64,000 nt of DNA, from assembly GCA_010015585.1 (NCBI GenBank), contig ML975179.1. One strand, written 5' to 3'. This document shows, piece after piece, positions 49,933-63,683 of this stretch (position 1 is its first letter; every line of letters begins with the position of its first letter). Source of the DNA: Eremomyces bilateralis CBS 781.70. Lineage: Eukaryota. Under the pieces are notes generated by a model that searched no databases, had not been told where the DNA came from, and worked only from the letters and a program-made list of their open reading frames with translations. The position numbers were made by a program, and so were the translations under genes.

Positions 49933-51633
49933 CGTGGTGAGGAAACGGAGTAATGATACGGCAAAAACAAGAAGGAGAACAGGTGCGAAATAACAGGTCT
50001 CCCCAAACAGTTGAAGAATGCGTTGAGGCAAAAGAAAAGATGATGGCCATCATCTCTCGGGTTTTATATCTGAGTCCAGGACGCCAAGGTTTTCGGGGAA
50101 ATGTCAACCTTATCAGAGTTTGGCCGCGAAACAAGAACAAACTTTATTCATCACGTCGATTGGATATTCAGCTGTGAGCTCAATAATCGAAAAGGAAGAA
50201 GCGAAATTGATGGTATGGGTAGACCTTGACAATCAGGCCACGGTAAAGCCGAGTTTTGTCAATCATCCTTTCTCCGTAATCTCGGACCATTTCTTCAACA
50301 CCATTTCACAAATTCTTTGTTATTTAGACCAATGACTGAAGCAAAATATGCAACGCAGGGAGGGAGTGAGGGGATGCGATAGGATATCCAAGCGGTCGGA
50401 AGCGGCTACTGCACGTGGGAGCCTGTAATGCCCATATTGCAAGCGCGTAGTGCCGGGTAGTGCCTCGTGAGAGCGTCTATTGGTCACTTTCTTAAACTCT
50501 TTTTGTTGTGCAAGGAATCGTGATTGAACCTTGCGGACTGCAATCGGAATAACCGGTCAACCACATCAACAAGGGGGTCCTATTACAGCTTAGGGGTTCA
50601 GACCTCAGCAAATCAAAGCATTTCCCATCCCCTTCAACCAACATGTACCGAAAATGAAGAGCATATGAACGGACGTGACCTGGTCCTGAGTTCACATCGG
50701 GCGAAGATAATCCACGCTCGCATGGGAGCCAAGTGAGGCATTCATTCGTTAGCGACCGATTTCTCCGCACATTTGTCGTAGTAAGAAACTGGGGATAGTA
50801 TGTGATCAGACGCGGCATCCAAACGGGGGAGATGCCGCCTTTAGCGTGCTTGGTGATTCCTGCTTGCAGATAGCCATGCTGCAATTGCGACTTCAGTTCC
50901 CCGTTCAGCTAACAGCGGCGACTCCACTGAAACTGCTGACCCGACCACCGTTGCTGTCGGAATTTATATACGCTCCACTGTAGCGCTCTTGCTATAACGG
51001 AGATGCAAATTGAGGCATCATGTGGAACAAACTGCGACACCATGACGATAACATTTGGAAAACTGCAAGGACCGCGATGTGATGCCCAGCTACGCCACGG
51101 AGATGGATTGTCCACAGGACCAAGTACGTAAACCCCTTCTCTGCGTATGGATCAAGCTGCTGAAGCCTCGCCGCAAAAAGCTGGGTACATGGTGCGCTGA
51201 TTCGATGGACCGGTTGATGAGGCGTCATTGAGGTAGTGGAAAATCAAATACTCTCATGAACGAAAAGGGAATCATAGGAGACTTTCAAAGAGAGTAACAG
51301 TCAAGGATCATTTGAAATCGACGCCTCGATTCTACCTGAAGATGAGAGATGTCTCATAGACGGGTTTCGAGAGCAAACTTGTGTACATAGTAGGAGTCGC
51401 CCAATGGTGCGGTTTGATCACGCGCTCAATTGTCCAAAAAAGATCGAGATAATTACAGCCCAATGGAGCGACTACGTCAACTGGATATTGGATCATCACT
51501 ACCGAACACTGCAAATATTAAATTGATGGCTAGAATGGAATCGGGATGAAGTTGAAGTAAACTCGGGCTCTTTTACACCGAACGGTATTCAGGAATTGCA
51601 TCACGTGACTGAAACCATCCTATCAGGCTATTA

Positions 51634-52935
51634 CAATAACACGCCATAAGTCTGCTCAGGGTCTACACATAACAAAATTCAGCCCTGACACCACCATATC
51701 TTCCATCATCAATATATCCACGAAAATGAGGTCGTTTGGTACAGAAATTAGTGGTAATCGACGGCAAAATGCTGAATTATCTGAGAATCAAAGAGCTGGG
51801 ATTTTAGAGGATATTTCCAGGGGGGAAACTAAGGCCGCGGTGGCGGAGGAGTTTCAGGTCGCAGAACGGACGGTGTACAGACCTTGCAACGCTGGGAAGA
51901 GCACCATATCACTCAATCTAAGCCCCGTCAAGGGCCCCCCCTAAAATTATCGCGTCGCGACGAACGATATCTTGTACAGTACGCACGCCGGTTCCCCACG
52001 GTTGAGTACAGCGAGCTCGTTCAAAGCGTCAGCCATATGCGGGTCTCAAGACAACGATATACCGGACTCTTAAGAAATACCACCTTACAAAGTGGCGAGC
52101 ACGGAAAAGGTCCCATCTGAAGCCCGGGCACGCAAAAAACCGGCTTCAATTTGCCCGCGAGTATCAGCATTTCGACTTCTCCCGGGTCCACTCAACCGAC
52201 GAGTGCTCCTATGAGAAAGGGACAGGCGGTAAGCGCGTCTGGGTATGGCGCTTTTATCACGAGGCATATGATCCACGTATGATCGAGCCAAAGACCTCTG
52301 CTAAGGCGATTTCGCAGATGATCTGGGGCTCAATCTCGCGTGAGGGGAGGTCAGACCTGGTGATCATGGACCGCGACGAGGACTCCCCCAGGCAAGGGTA
52401 TTCCGCGAAATCCTATATCGCTACATTAGAGGAGGGACTCCTCCCCACGTACGATCCTGGGGATGTTATGATACAGGATAATGCAAAGGTCTACACGGCG
52501 AAACTTACGCAAGAATGGCTGGAGACTTACGGTATTTGGGTGCTCGATTGGCCAGCTAATTCTCCGGACCTGAACCCCATCGAACGCATGTGGCACTTAC
52601 TTAGAAGCAAAGTCCTAGAGCTGCACCCTGAATTGAAACAGATGGGCTCATTAGAGGAGGCACGGGAGGCGATGAATGCCGCGTTGAAAGAGGCGTGGTG
52701 GGCAGTACCTCAGGAAACGATTGCCAAGCTAATTGACTCAATTCCGCGGCGGTTACGGGCGGTAATTAAAGCAAAAGGATGGCATACCAAATACTAGGCT
52801 ATCCTTAATTAGGCAATCTGAAAAAAGTATACAGATCGCTTTCTCTACGTTTTTGAGCGCTTCTCGCGATAGGGGGTGGTGATGGGGAGAAATCACGTGG
52901 TTGACGACCCTGAACAGACTTATGGCGTAGTACTT
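51634..52935 (+). mobile_element. Tc1/mariner (DD34E, impala-sized) DNA transposon, ~1.3 kb
   Basis: TIR core ACGCCATAAGTCTGyTCAGGGTC at both ends (1 mismatch), with degenerate outer 7 bp. TA dinucleotides flank both ends. Confidence 0.9.
51726..52797 (+). pseudogene. Tc1-family transposase with about three frameshifts
   Basis: HTH-like N-terminus, TDEC, MIWGSIS, QDNA...WPANSPDLNPIE (34 residues between D and E), IKAKGWHTKY*. Frame changes near 51880, 52050 and 52190. Confidence 0.9.
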
Positions 52936-55900
52936 TACTTCATTGGCTTCAGATGATTCATCCAACTCGCCAACTTCGCGATGCTGTTTTCCAGAGCACC
53001 TTACGCTTTAACTTTCTGACTGAATCTATTGGCACTACGGAGTATTGGTCAGATACAATATACATAATCCTATCCGAGGCGGAAATGTCTACCTCCTCCC
53101 GCTCACAGACCATACCAACTTACCTGGGGGCAAAGTATCGCTATTCGGTATTCTCCTATTCGTTACTCGGTACTCCGTTAGTACCGTAGATCGGTCCGAT
53201 ATCTTCCAATCCTACGATGGTAGATTGGAGGCAGAGGTTATGAATCAATTTCGCTCACCTCGGATGTCCCTAATATGCCTTGGCAGTGACAGACAGTCTC
53301 CTCAGAGTCCCACAAGATCTCACTCTCATCCGGTACACAGTGTGAGGGCTAGCTTGCCTACCTACTATCTGCATACTTCGCCACCTCACCCCAGCTGTCT
53401 CCGCATTCAATCGTAATCCCCCACCGGCACGGAAAACACTGGCCTCAGAGCATTTGTGCTGCTACAAAAGTGACACGAAACTGAAAGACCCAGTTTTAAA
53501 GCATGTGAAAGTCCCATCTCCGCTCCATCTGATGATCTGATTGATGGGCATTATTATTTCTTTTTTGCCCGAGCCTATCTGGTCGACTCTGAGACCGCCT
53601 GTCGAAATTCCTATTGGCCCCGGAGTCCTAGCGCCCGGTAGACGGCAACTGTGTAAGATCTTGGGGATTAAGGTCACATAATAGTGATAATATATCGTTA
53701 CACCCACCAATGGTGGCTTGCATCGGGCAAAGCTTGAGGACGAACGGTCTTAACCCCCTTCGAAACAGCCTTGCGCAATTGCGGATGTTTGCTGCGTGCG
53801 TGCATCCTATCATGGCACCATTATTGGTCCAGGCGTCGACAGACGAGGGGGCGACGTGGATGAATGAACAATGAAGGATCAACTACGGACCCCAGCGGGA
53901 TGGTCAGGCACGCAATCGAGCAAACCTGAACCTGATGTGTTACAGTACACAAGCATTGAGGCTTCGCAACTGGCAGTTTGCTTTTGCTCATGCACCTAAT
54001 ATTTTGGCCAACACTAAGCAATCGACCAGCTTGGATTAAGCAAAGCTCGTCCCTGGGAAGGCGATGCATAGAAGGATGCAAGAAGCCTGCAAGATGGTCC
54101 AGCCACCGTTGAGTGTTTGAGCAGTACGTACTATTCTGTCCACTAGGGACTAGCTTAGTCCTATTAACCCAAAATGTCGCCGATATTGCACTGTTGCTTT
54201 CTCCATGGGTGGTGGATGGTTACCAGTAACTCGCTGGTCTATGGGCGCTTGCTAGGAAAACTGTGGATCGAATCGAGATTGAAGGTTTGCGGCATGGGCG
54301 AACATGATCGAAAGTGAACCGACGAACCGTAGCCCGATCAGTAAATTAAGGGAGCTCGAGAGACGGGGTGATTTTGGAGAATGGTACAGATTCCTTACTC
54401 ATCTGTACTTACTATACACAGTCTCACTGTAGGTATTACGGTAGGTATTAGCATTCAGCACAAGGCCAAAAAGTGTCACAGCCTCACAGGTAACTCCAGT
54501 GCAGTACCCCGGTAATAATCGAACACAGCAATATTTAATAGAGCAAGGAGAAAAGGGATCGAGCACGCACTACGCAGGATGAGCCGCGTGCGATGGTCGA
54601 TATCATGGATCGGGAATGGGCATCGATATTCTGTGCATATTGTGCTGCTCAACGGTTGCTACAACACCCGACGCTAACCAAGACCCTCCAGCTGTCCTAT
54701 CACCCCTCGACCCTCCATGTGTTTCTGCTCCGTGCGGCAATCATGCCTTTTATCTTCGATCAGGATTCAGGTCAGCCGCCAGACACTCCTCAGGACCTCA
54801 GTAGAAGAATGCGTGGGGGTTCGTCACAATGGTCGATGGATACGCTCTCCCATTCCTATGATCCTAATGATTACTCTACTCGTTTACCACGGTATCGTGT
54901 TATCTGCTGCGACCCTAAGCAGCAAATGGAGAATGACAATCAACACGATCCCCTGTCATATCAAGGGCCAGTGTCCACCATGTCTAGGTCACCCGTCCTT
55001 GGTGCTAGGATTCGCTTCCTTTGGACGAGGGGCTGATATTACCTGGACCGATAACAATCCCCCTTCAGTTCTTACAAGTCGCATCATGGTTCCACTTTCT
55101 AGGTGCGGCCTTGTCCAATATTCTACCTATGGCAATAGTTCTTCCAAGCGCATCGGAAAAATTCCGTCTATCGCTCGCCGGAATCCTAGGGCTGTTGGAG
55201 CCTCGGTCCAACAATTGTATATCGATCATAAGGATTTGATTGCCGACGAAGTCCTGTGTCGTGACCGGACAAGCGACCAGTGACCGGTAACCGCCCCAGC
55301 AAATGGTGCAATGCAGTTGTTCAGAATGGTCGCTGGGGCCCTTGTGGACGATAATTAGTGTGCGGAGAGGTTGGTGTGCTATCCAGATTCCAGGATCAAC
55401 CAGCATCCAAGCATGAACCTCGACGCACTTGCACGGGTTGGCGATTTTCTGGGGGTTGTTTTCGATCACCCCAAGCCTCGATGTTACGTTTCTTATTACT
55501 CCGACCCCGCTAGTGGCTTGGTCTCCAACGCGATTTGTGCGAATGCCATCACAACCTGGAGATGACCGCAGAAATGGTATAGCGTTCGAAAAAGTCGAAA
55601 CCTTCTACGGTGCTTCGGTGCATGATGGCAACGGCTTCAATTTGACCGTACCTAGTGAACAGTGCATGGAGCGAACCAGCCGCTACCCCGTCGGTCGGTT
55701 CCGCTGGAGATTTTCTGTCAGTGCAACTAAGACCGGGAATACCACCACCGGCGTGTCTTATTCGTCGTCTCGTGAGCCATGTCAGATTCCGGATCATGAG
55801 GAGGCTGCGACTTGCATCTCTCTGCAGTCTGTTGTCTGCACCTCGCTGCATATCTTGCACTCCTTCCTGTACGCTTCCTGTCTGTGCTGGTTGAGTTGAA

Positions 55901-56731
55901 AACGGACCGAGGGCTAGCGAGAAGAGATGGACACTCGATTCGAGATTTCCCGACCGTTTCAATGGACGATAGGATGGTGCATCACACCGAACAGCGACCG
56001 GTCTAGTTCCGTATCTACTCGCTGTCTCATTCTCAGTTCCCAACCAACCGCATGCGCAAGGTGTGGTGTCCGCTGTTCGAACTTCGAACACAGTCCGTCC
56101 CTGGCTTCGGAGGTTCATCCCGTCTTTTAGTCGCCTGTGGCCCGCTCCCTGTCCGAGGGATCAGCGGTGCTAAGCATCGGGCTGATTGGGCACAGCGGAG
56201 TGGCGCTGGCGGCGTCTGCACGTTTTGTTCATCATCTCTTCGTCCTCCTTGGCCCGGATGAAGGCGATGTAACCCTTCCTTGTTCGAGTTCTACTGACCC
56301 TTTTGCCCTGGTCGAGGTGGACAATGACCCCATCATACAACGTTATTCCGCCTCCTCTGTGGTGTGTAGGTGGGGCATTGTCGACTGACGATCGTTCTGT
56401 TCTCTCCAGGTTTTGAGGATTCACGATTCCTTGTTAAAGACGGCCCAAATGTCCCTCTCAGATCCCAGTTGCTTTTGGGCTATCCAGCGAGCCACCCTGA
56501 GCACCTTGCAGTAATTAAAAGACATCATTCCGTCCTGGAGAGTTGAGACCAGCCAGTGCCTGCATGGTTCACCTTGCAGATATTTGATCTTGACGTTATC
56601 TTTAGATTCGCAACCCTTTCCGCCGATCCTGCGATCACTTAAACCACTCGATTGTGCCTCTTTTCAGAAGTTATCGTCATCCAATTCCCAAGTTTTTTCC
56701 TTCTGATTTATGCACCGTTCATATACGGCCA

Positions 56732-58974
56732 ATGTCCGTTACTACTCTACCTATGACCTTTGCCTAGCGAAGCTTACCCTAACGTTGCGTTGCCTGCCAT
56801 GCCGTCCTATACTACTGCCGTTCCAGAGAAGCCGGCCACAGAGATCGCCGCCCCCACCGTTCCGCGAAAGCGTCGCAGGAGGGCTGCAGCAAATGGGGCG
56901 AGTGAAGATTGCTTTACCTGCCGCAAAAGACAAACAAAATGTGACCGACGACGGCCGTATTGCGCTCAATGCCTAGAAATAGGCAAAGAGTGCTCTGGAT
57001 ATAGGACGCAATTGACGTGGGGGGTCGGAGTTGCAAGCCGTGGAAAGCTTCGGGGCTTGTCTCTTCCCATAATCAATTCTGCAAAGACAGCATCCGCTGT
57101 TCAGGAGACGAAAGCGAGCAACTCGGCTACCTCTGCCACTTCGAAGAGTGTTACGTCCAATCCAATTCCGTCCCCTGTCATGTCTATCAAAAGCGAGCAT
57201 CACCAGGAGATAGCCGCTTTCTCTGCGGTTCCGGTCCTTAGTCCGAACTACTGCTCTTCTCCTGTCTATAGCAATCCTGGTTATAGTCCGGCTACCACTC
57301 CTATTCCAATTTCTGTCATGTCAGCCGGAAATTTCCACTGGCATTCTTCTGGATTCGACGACCATGTGCACAACTATACTTCCTTGTCACCGAAAGCTGG
57401 AAAGCCTCTCTTCCGTCCCCGACCCCTTCAGCGGCTGCAAACTGCGTTCCCACCCTCTTACGATGACGCAAGCATATCCGCTCCCTCCACGGGTTCGTTG
57501 GGCGCCTTCAGCGACTGTGGCGACTTCCCTTCACCCAGTGAGTATCCTCACACCCCGGAAGAAATACCATTTACGGAACCCTTTGTCGACACCTTTCCCG
57601 ACGCTTTATCTCATCAACCATTCATCCCTTCTCAGGACTCACTGGCCATACCAGACGGACTCGGATATATGGACATTCCGCGGTCCTTCCCATTGATAGC
57701 GGATGACATGGTTTCAAGTATGTCCGATCAATCCAACGCCGAGTACATGGACGTTAACGATGCGCAGACCGGTTCGCTAGCCCGTTCCAGCATTTCTGAC
57801 GCCCCTATATCGATCGGGTCGAATATACACGTCTTCGGTTCGTATGGATTGCCCCTTTTTGGTCCTCAATTGGATTGCGCTAGCAAAACAAGTCTGGACC
57901 AGGATATTCGATCTCGCTCGGTATCACGGGGACTACTTGATGGCATGTCCATACCTCGAAGTGTTGACGCCTTTGATTGCTCTCACCTGCCTCTGCGTAC
58001 TCGGTTTCTTTTGGATTATTATGACAGGGCCATCTGTTCCGTTCTAGTGGCTTTTGACGGACCAACGAATCCTTATCGGATGCATGTCTTCCCCTTGCTA
58101 TGCACAGCGTGGGGCTGTAGAATGCCGTCGCGGCACTCTCGACCAACAACATGCACACGCGGGGCCTCAAGAAGCTTCAAAATATGACTTACGATGAGTC
58201 TGAAAGCATGTCGTTATCGGCAGGCGTAGGATTCTTACCGCAGACGAGATACGAGTTCTGCCCGGCACGCCATCACGCGAAGAGCTGCAATACGAGTCGA
58301 TATCGATTGGACTCCTCAATTCACAGTTGTCTAATCCCGTATCCGCCAAGGACGACTCAGTCTTGGCAACGTTGTTGATATTGTGCCTCTTTCACGTCTG
58401 TGACAGCGGCTTCACCAAGTTTCAGACGCAGCTTTCAGGCGTACAGAAACTTCTGGAACTTCACCATGGTTCCCCAGAAAGCGCCTTTGTTGGATGGATT
58501 CAGATGTTCTTCACCTGGTTCGATGTAATGATCCGTGGCGCTTCCGCCGACTTCGACCTCCTGCACATCAGCGAAGCCTTCCGCCATGCTGCGCTACTCT
58601 ACGTCGAACGGCTTGCGTACCCGGCCCTCTCCCCTTCCGCGTCCAACCTGCAACGCCTCGTCTCGCTGACACTATCCCACATCGCCGTCATCGCGATCAA
58701 CTCCCCTGTGAATAAATTCCTGCTCTATCCTTTGTGGATCGCAGGAACAGAGGCGGTGACGCAGACGCACCGAGATATAGTGCGCAGACGGTGCGTGGAG
58801 ATCACGAGAGAGAGTGGGTTTCTCAACAACCTGAGTGGGCTCGAGGTGTTGGAGAGGGCGTGGGCGGCTGATGATCATGGAGAGGTGCTGGACGAGGATG
58901 GAGTTCAGACTGGTCAGGCCTTTAGGTGGAGGAAGGTGATGAGCCGGTCGGGTGGGGAGTATATTGTGATATGA
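56732..58974 (+). pseudogene. acr-2-like Zn2Cys6 transcription factor, disrupted
   Basis: DCFTCRKRQTKCDRRRPYCAQCLEIGKECSGYRTQLTWGVGVASRGKLRG, DDSVLATLLILCLFHVCDSG, HISEAFRHAALLY. Frameshift at ~58095, in-frame TAG at 58118-58120 and a further frame change at ~58230-58260. Confidence 0.75.
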
Positions 58975-60497
58975 TCGTACTTAGCTTATGTTTTGACGAC
59001 CGGCTTGGATATATGACTGACGTTCGGTACATATGTGGATGGATGATTGTTACGATTGTGATGCTGATGGTGCTTACGGACTACCCCTTTGCTACGGTGC
59101 AGATAATTTTTTGGGTGGCGTGGCGACATTTGCCGAGTCCTATATAAATATATGAATATCCCGCAGTGGAAAGGGATCAATATCGCTACAAATACAATGA
59201 CATCACGACGAGCAATCTAGAACGCGGTGGCGCTTTGAATCCCTACGTGCGCTCGCTCTATTCAAAATCTAAGTTCTAGTGGAGGTGTTCGTAAGATCGT
59301 AGTCAATATTTAGTAAAAGAGACGACGGCAAGTCGACCACCATTTTTGGTGGGTTCCATCTTTAGCATTCACCGTCCACGGCACTCCTCTCCATTGTCCC
59401 AGGCTTTTCCACCTCATCACGTCCATCTTTCGCACTATAAAGCAGCTCCTGCCCACTATCCTTCTACCGTTTATTTCTCACCCCCTCCAAAAGATGCTAC
59501 CTACCGCCAGCTCCTTTCCGTGTCTCGCCTCGCTCACCCGTGCCACATTTCATTCGTATTCCATGCCTCCTTCTCCTTGCTCGCACCTATCATTTCCCTG
59601 GAAGCCTCCGCCATAAGTCGTCCTCTCCAGGTTCACCGTCAATGCAGTGCCGCCGCCAGCTCGAGATCGGTTACACTCTCCCTTACCGAAATTTGAATCC
59701 TCACGCTAACCTCCTTCCAGGCCACCGTTTCGCTCCTGAGTCCGACCATCCCCCTTAGATCCGCGATTTCGGGCTCTGCACACTCCTATCCGATCTCAAG
59801 TCGACTAGCCATTTGATCTATGGCCTGCTCACAAGCACAAGTTCAGCCGTCCGCCTCCAGCTTTCAGCCTTTAGCCTTTAGCCTTTGGTAGTGCGTTGAC
59901 TCCGCCTGACCGCAGAGACTCCTGCCCCTCCCATCCAGGATTTGCCACTTTGCATCCCCACCAGGCTCAGAGTTGAGCTGGCGTTAGCGAAAGTGGCGCG
60001 GGAAAGGCATATCATGCGTACGATCATGGGACCGGTGAGACTGAAGGAAAGAGAGGACGATCACATGCCACATTCTACGTTCTTTTCTTATCTTAGCTTC
60101 CCGGGGACCCCGCCTTGGTGTTTCCGCACGATTTCAAGGGATCTGGTCGCCCGGCTCATATTCCCCACCGCCTAGCCTGCTCAGCCTGCTCATCCTGCTA
60201 GTTGCAGCTTGAGGTTGTCGGAACGCTCAGAGACGCGAGAGATTAGAATCGGAAAATGGGGGGGTGGGGATATGGGGTTTCGAAGAGGCTGTAAGAGATT
60301 TGCCATCAAGCCTGTCAGGAGAGTCGTGGAGCGGTGGTGCCACTACACGAAACGTAGCGGAATCCACCATCGTTACCACACGGTAGGTAACTTCTCTGAT
60401 ACAGTGTTATTTTCGCCTTGTTCCCTACATCATTTCGGCCTGGAGAATGGACTAACTCAAAATATTCGTTCCGATGTGTCCTCGGCAGCACCTAGCC

Positions 60498-61289
60498 TCA
60501 AAGCTTAGGAGTAACATCCCACTTGTTGCCAATGTAATATGTTACCGCTCGATGCTCATCGTCCACCCAAGGACGAAGTCGATTCATATGGCAAAAGTCT
60601 CCGCCAAGAATGTTGATGTTGGCGAAGTGTGAATCCGGTGGTGCCATATATATTGCATGTTTGTGTCCAGCAATATAGCCATTCCAAGGGTCCTCATCCT
60701 CGTTAAGCTTGAAGGTTTGCGCCACCTAGAGTCGTGTTAGTAGCTAGGCATTCTCCTTATAGGTATGGACACTTGCCTGAGTTGAGATGTACGTCAGTGG
60801 GGCCCCACTATCAACAATAAAGAAGACCCAGTGAGCCTTCTCATTAATCGTGAGGGCACATGGAAGTATCATGCGGAACTTTCGACCGTAGACAAAACCA
60901 CGGATGGTGTCAGCCACCTTATCTGCCTCATCTTTAGTCGCCTCCTTGAGGTATGGTATGCCCACGCGGTCCGAAATCTCCTTGTGTAGCGTGTTGTCGT
61001 CGATATCCGTGATCAGCACATCATAATCTTTCGGGTCCATGGCACCAATGTCATGAATATCAACAAATGTACCACGCGCTATATTTTCTTCTGCCTTTAG
61101 CCGAGAGTAATAATGTAGGGGGCTGGGATTCGAAGGAGAGAAGCGCTCGAATAGGGTCGCGTAGCTTGGAGGACCCGAGAACGGCTCTTGGAGACTGTGG
61201 GTACGGCGCGCTTGAAGAGGATAGCGTAGAGGACTAGGAACGGATTTGCAAAAAGCCCTAAGGCCTTGTCGGCTTGGAAGTCTGAGCAT
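60498..61289 (-). CDS. Retropepsin-like (clan AA) aspartic-protease-domain protein, 246 aa, GC-AG intron 60726-60776
   Basis: WVFFIVDSGAPLTYIS catalytic-type motif and downstream NILGGDF motif, joined in frame after removing GCAAGT...CTAAC...TAG. Arg/Ser-rich, acid-free N-terminus. Confidence 0.75.
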
Positions 61290-62023
61290 GGTGAAGATGG
61301 GTAAGATGGGTGTCCAAAGAAGGATGATTGTGAAGAGTGTGTCACAAAGTTATCTTAAGCTCTGCAGGGGCTGCGGGCGTAGAACAGATAATTTGCTCTC
61401 AAAGCAGAAGAAGAAGAAGAAAGTGAGTGAGGGCGTGATCGTGGAAGCTTTGCAGTGGGGCACCGGGGGTGTCAGAGTTGATGGCGGGGGGCCCCGAGCT
61501 CCTCCTTTCTCAACTTTTACAACCATCACCACCACTTCCATCGCCTATCTCTATGTCGCAGACCAAGGCATCAGTCTGGGAGCCTGAGGCTACAAACTGC
61601 ATTAATAATCTTGCTATGTCTCGTATATCTGCAGGGCCGGGGGACCGGGCATCGAGATAGAACACACAACTTACACAATACAACTCTGCTACTTATGATC
61701 AAATCACCGCGATTCGCCAGCCTGACCCACAGGACCCCCGCAATCACGTGATAAGATAATTCTGCGCTCTGATTGGTTCATTCCCAGAAACATACTGATC
61801 GCCAAGATACTGTTTTTAAGCCCGTAATTAAGGGGAGTTCTAATTGGCGCTAGAGCATGGCAGATTTACCTCCAAAAACGGCGTCACAAACCGCCCAAAA
61901 CGGAGGTCCATCTGCCGTTAGATTGTTTAAAAGAGTAAACTAACTATGGGATATAGTTCTCAACCCGCTGCGAAGCTGCTCCTTGATAATATATTGGCCA
62001 GCTATACAATAGCGATCTATTAT

Positions 62024-63683
62024 CTATTCGCTCGCTTCGTCCAGAACCCCCTCTACCTCCCGCTTTGACACAAAAAACATTCCCACTGACGTCAGAAAGA
62101 CGCCCAATGCAACAACCAGCCATAGCAAACCAGGGACATTGGCAGACATTCCCTTCTCGAAGACCCAGGCAAGACCAGGGCTTCCCACCATGAGGCCCAG
62201 CGCATCCACCACCGTTATCACAGTGAACAGTCGTGCCAGTTGATGTTGGCCGACAAACGATGTAAGTAATCCACGAAGGAAGTATGTGATACCCAGTCCA
62301 AGGGCCTGGATGAACAGAGCGACGACGAAAAGCGGAATGATTGGCGCAGCAGCGGTGGCCAAAAAAGCGAAGAACAGTGATATCGCCGATATCCTGCCAA
62401 GAAGTAGATCGGAGTGTCGGACGGAAAGGCGGGTTCGAGGCCAGCGCGTGGACGATTGGATGCGGTCCATAATGATGGGCATGACAATAAGGAAGTACAC
62501 GAGCGTGAAACCCCCTCGAATGCCGATAAAAAGAGTGGCATCCGAGAGTGGCATTCCAAATCGAATACTAGTGTATTGTAAGATGAGAGAACGATCCATA
62601 AGGAGCATATGGAACATAAAAGGCGGAAGAAGTAAGAGGACACGAGAGTCCTCGATAACGAAGCTTGTCATATAATGGACTTTCTCACGAGCCTTCTTTA
62701 AGAAGTCAGGGATCGTATTCGCCGTCTCATGTCCCATATCAGAGTTGCGTGGTGCCATTGAGTGACCGGACTTGGAGACCTCAGGAAGTGTCTCCGGGAG
62801 CAGTAGACACATCACAGCGTTAATAACGTAGAGGCCAAGACCAACGAGGATTGCCGTCCATACATTGGCCTTCATTAGTGCCGAAGCTATCGGAGGGCTG
62901 ATGAGCATGGACGACATCGATGCTCCTCCCAATCGGAAGAATGTAGCAACTCGTTTCTGTTCGGGTGTCACATCTGTTAGGATAGTGTAGAGAAGCGAAT
63001 TCGCCCCTGCACTGGAGCCTCCTAGCACCGTATGCATCGAGGCAAGCATGATCAGCTCGATTTTGATCGTTTTCGGAAAATATACTGTTTGAAAACGAGA
63101 AATGTTAGTGATCATTTAGCCCCATTACCGCGGTGATAGGAACAGGGTTGCGAATAAGCACGATATACTTACAAACTGTCGAAATCCAAAGCGACCTGAG
63201 GGCGAAGGAGCACATAAGCAACACCGCAACCCACTTTCTCGTGTATCTATCAGCGACCCATCCAAAAATCGGAGCGAATATCAGCGACGTTCCGGCCTCC
63301 AGAAACATGAGCCAGCCCCTGAGCAGCGCAACATCGCCCTGCACCGCCGGAAGCTTGCAGAACTGCTCCGGGATGCCATTCTGAACGTCCAGTCCCACCA
63401 TTGAGGAATCGTGCGCTCGATAGTAACGTCGGCAATAGGCATCTTCAATCAGGCGGGTGGTCGCTGGGTCAAAGATCCCGTCCGCAACGCCGGAGACCAC
63501 CAAGACGCTGGCTATGAGGAAGAAAACGACGTGAAAACGCGATATCAGGGGTTTCTTCTTTATTCTATTCTCATCGCTACTGAGATCCTGAGCTAGTAAA
63601 GAGTCGGTGGAGGTTGGAGATAGCAGAGGGGTCCGTTCATCGTGGCCTGGCATCGCTGCCAAAGCAGCCTCATTTCGAGACAT
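62024..63683 (-). CDS. Major facilitator superfamily transporter, intron 63085-63172
   Basis: Multiple hydrophobic helices, MFS motif A-like FGWVADRYTRK, RLIEDAYCRRYY...CKLPAVQ loop, LRGLLTSFV...LARLF. Confidence 0.9.

Noticed and set aside
54593..56424. Overlapping ORFs of 130-190 aa
   Set aside because: No motifs recognised and the frames cannot be joined convincingly.
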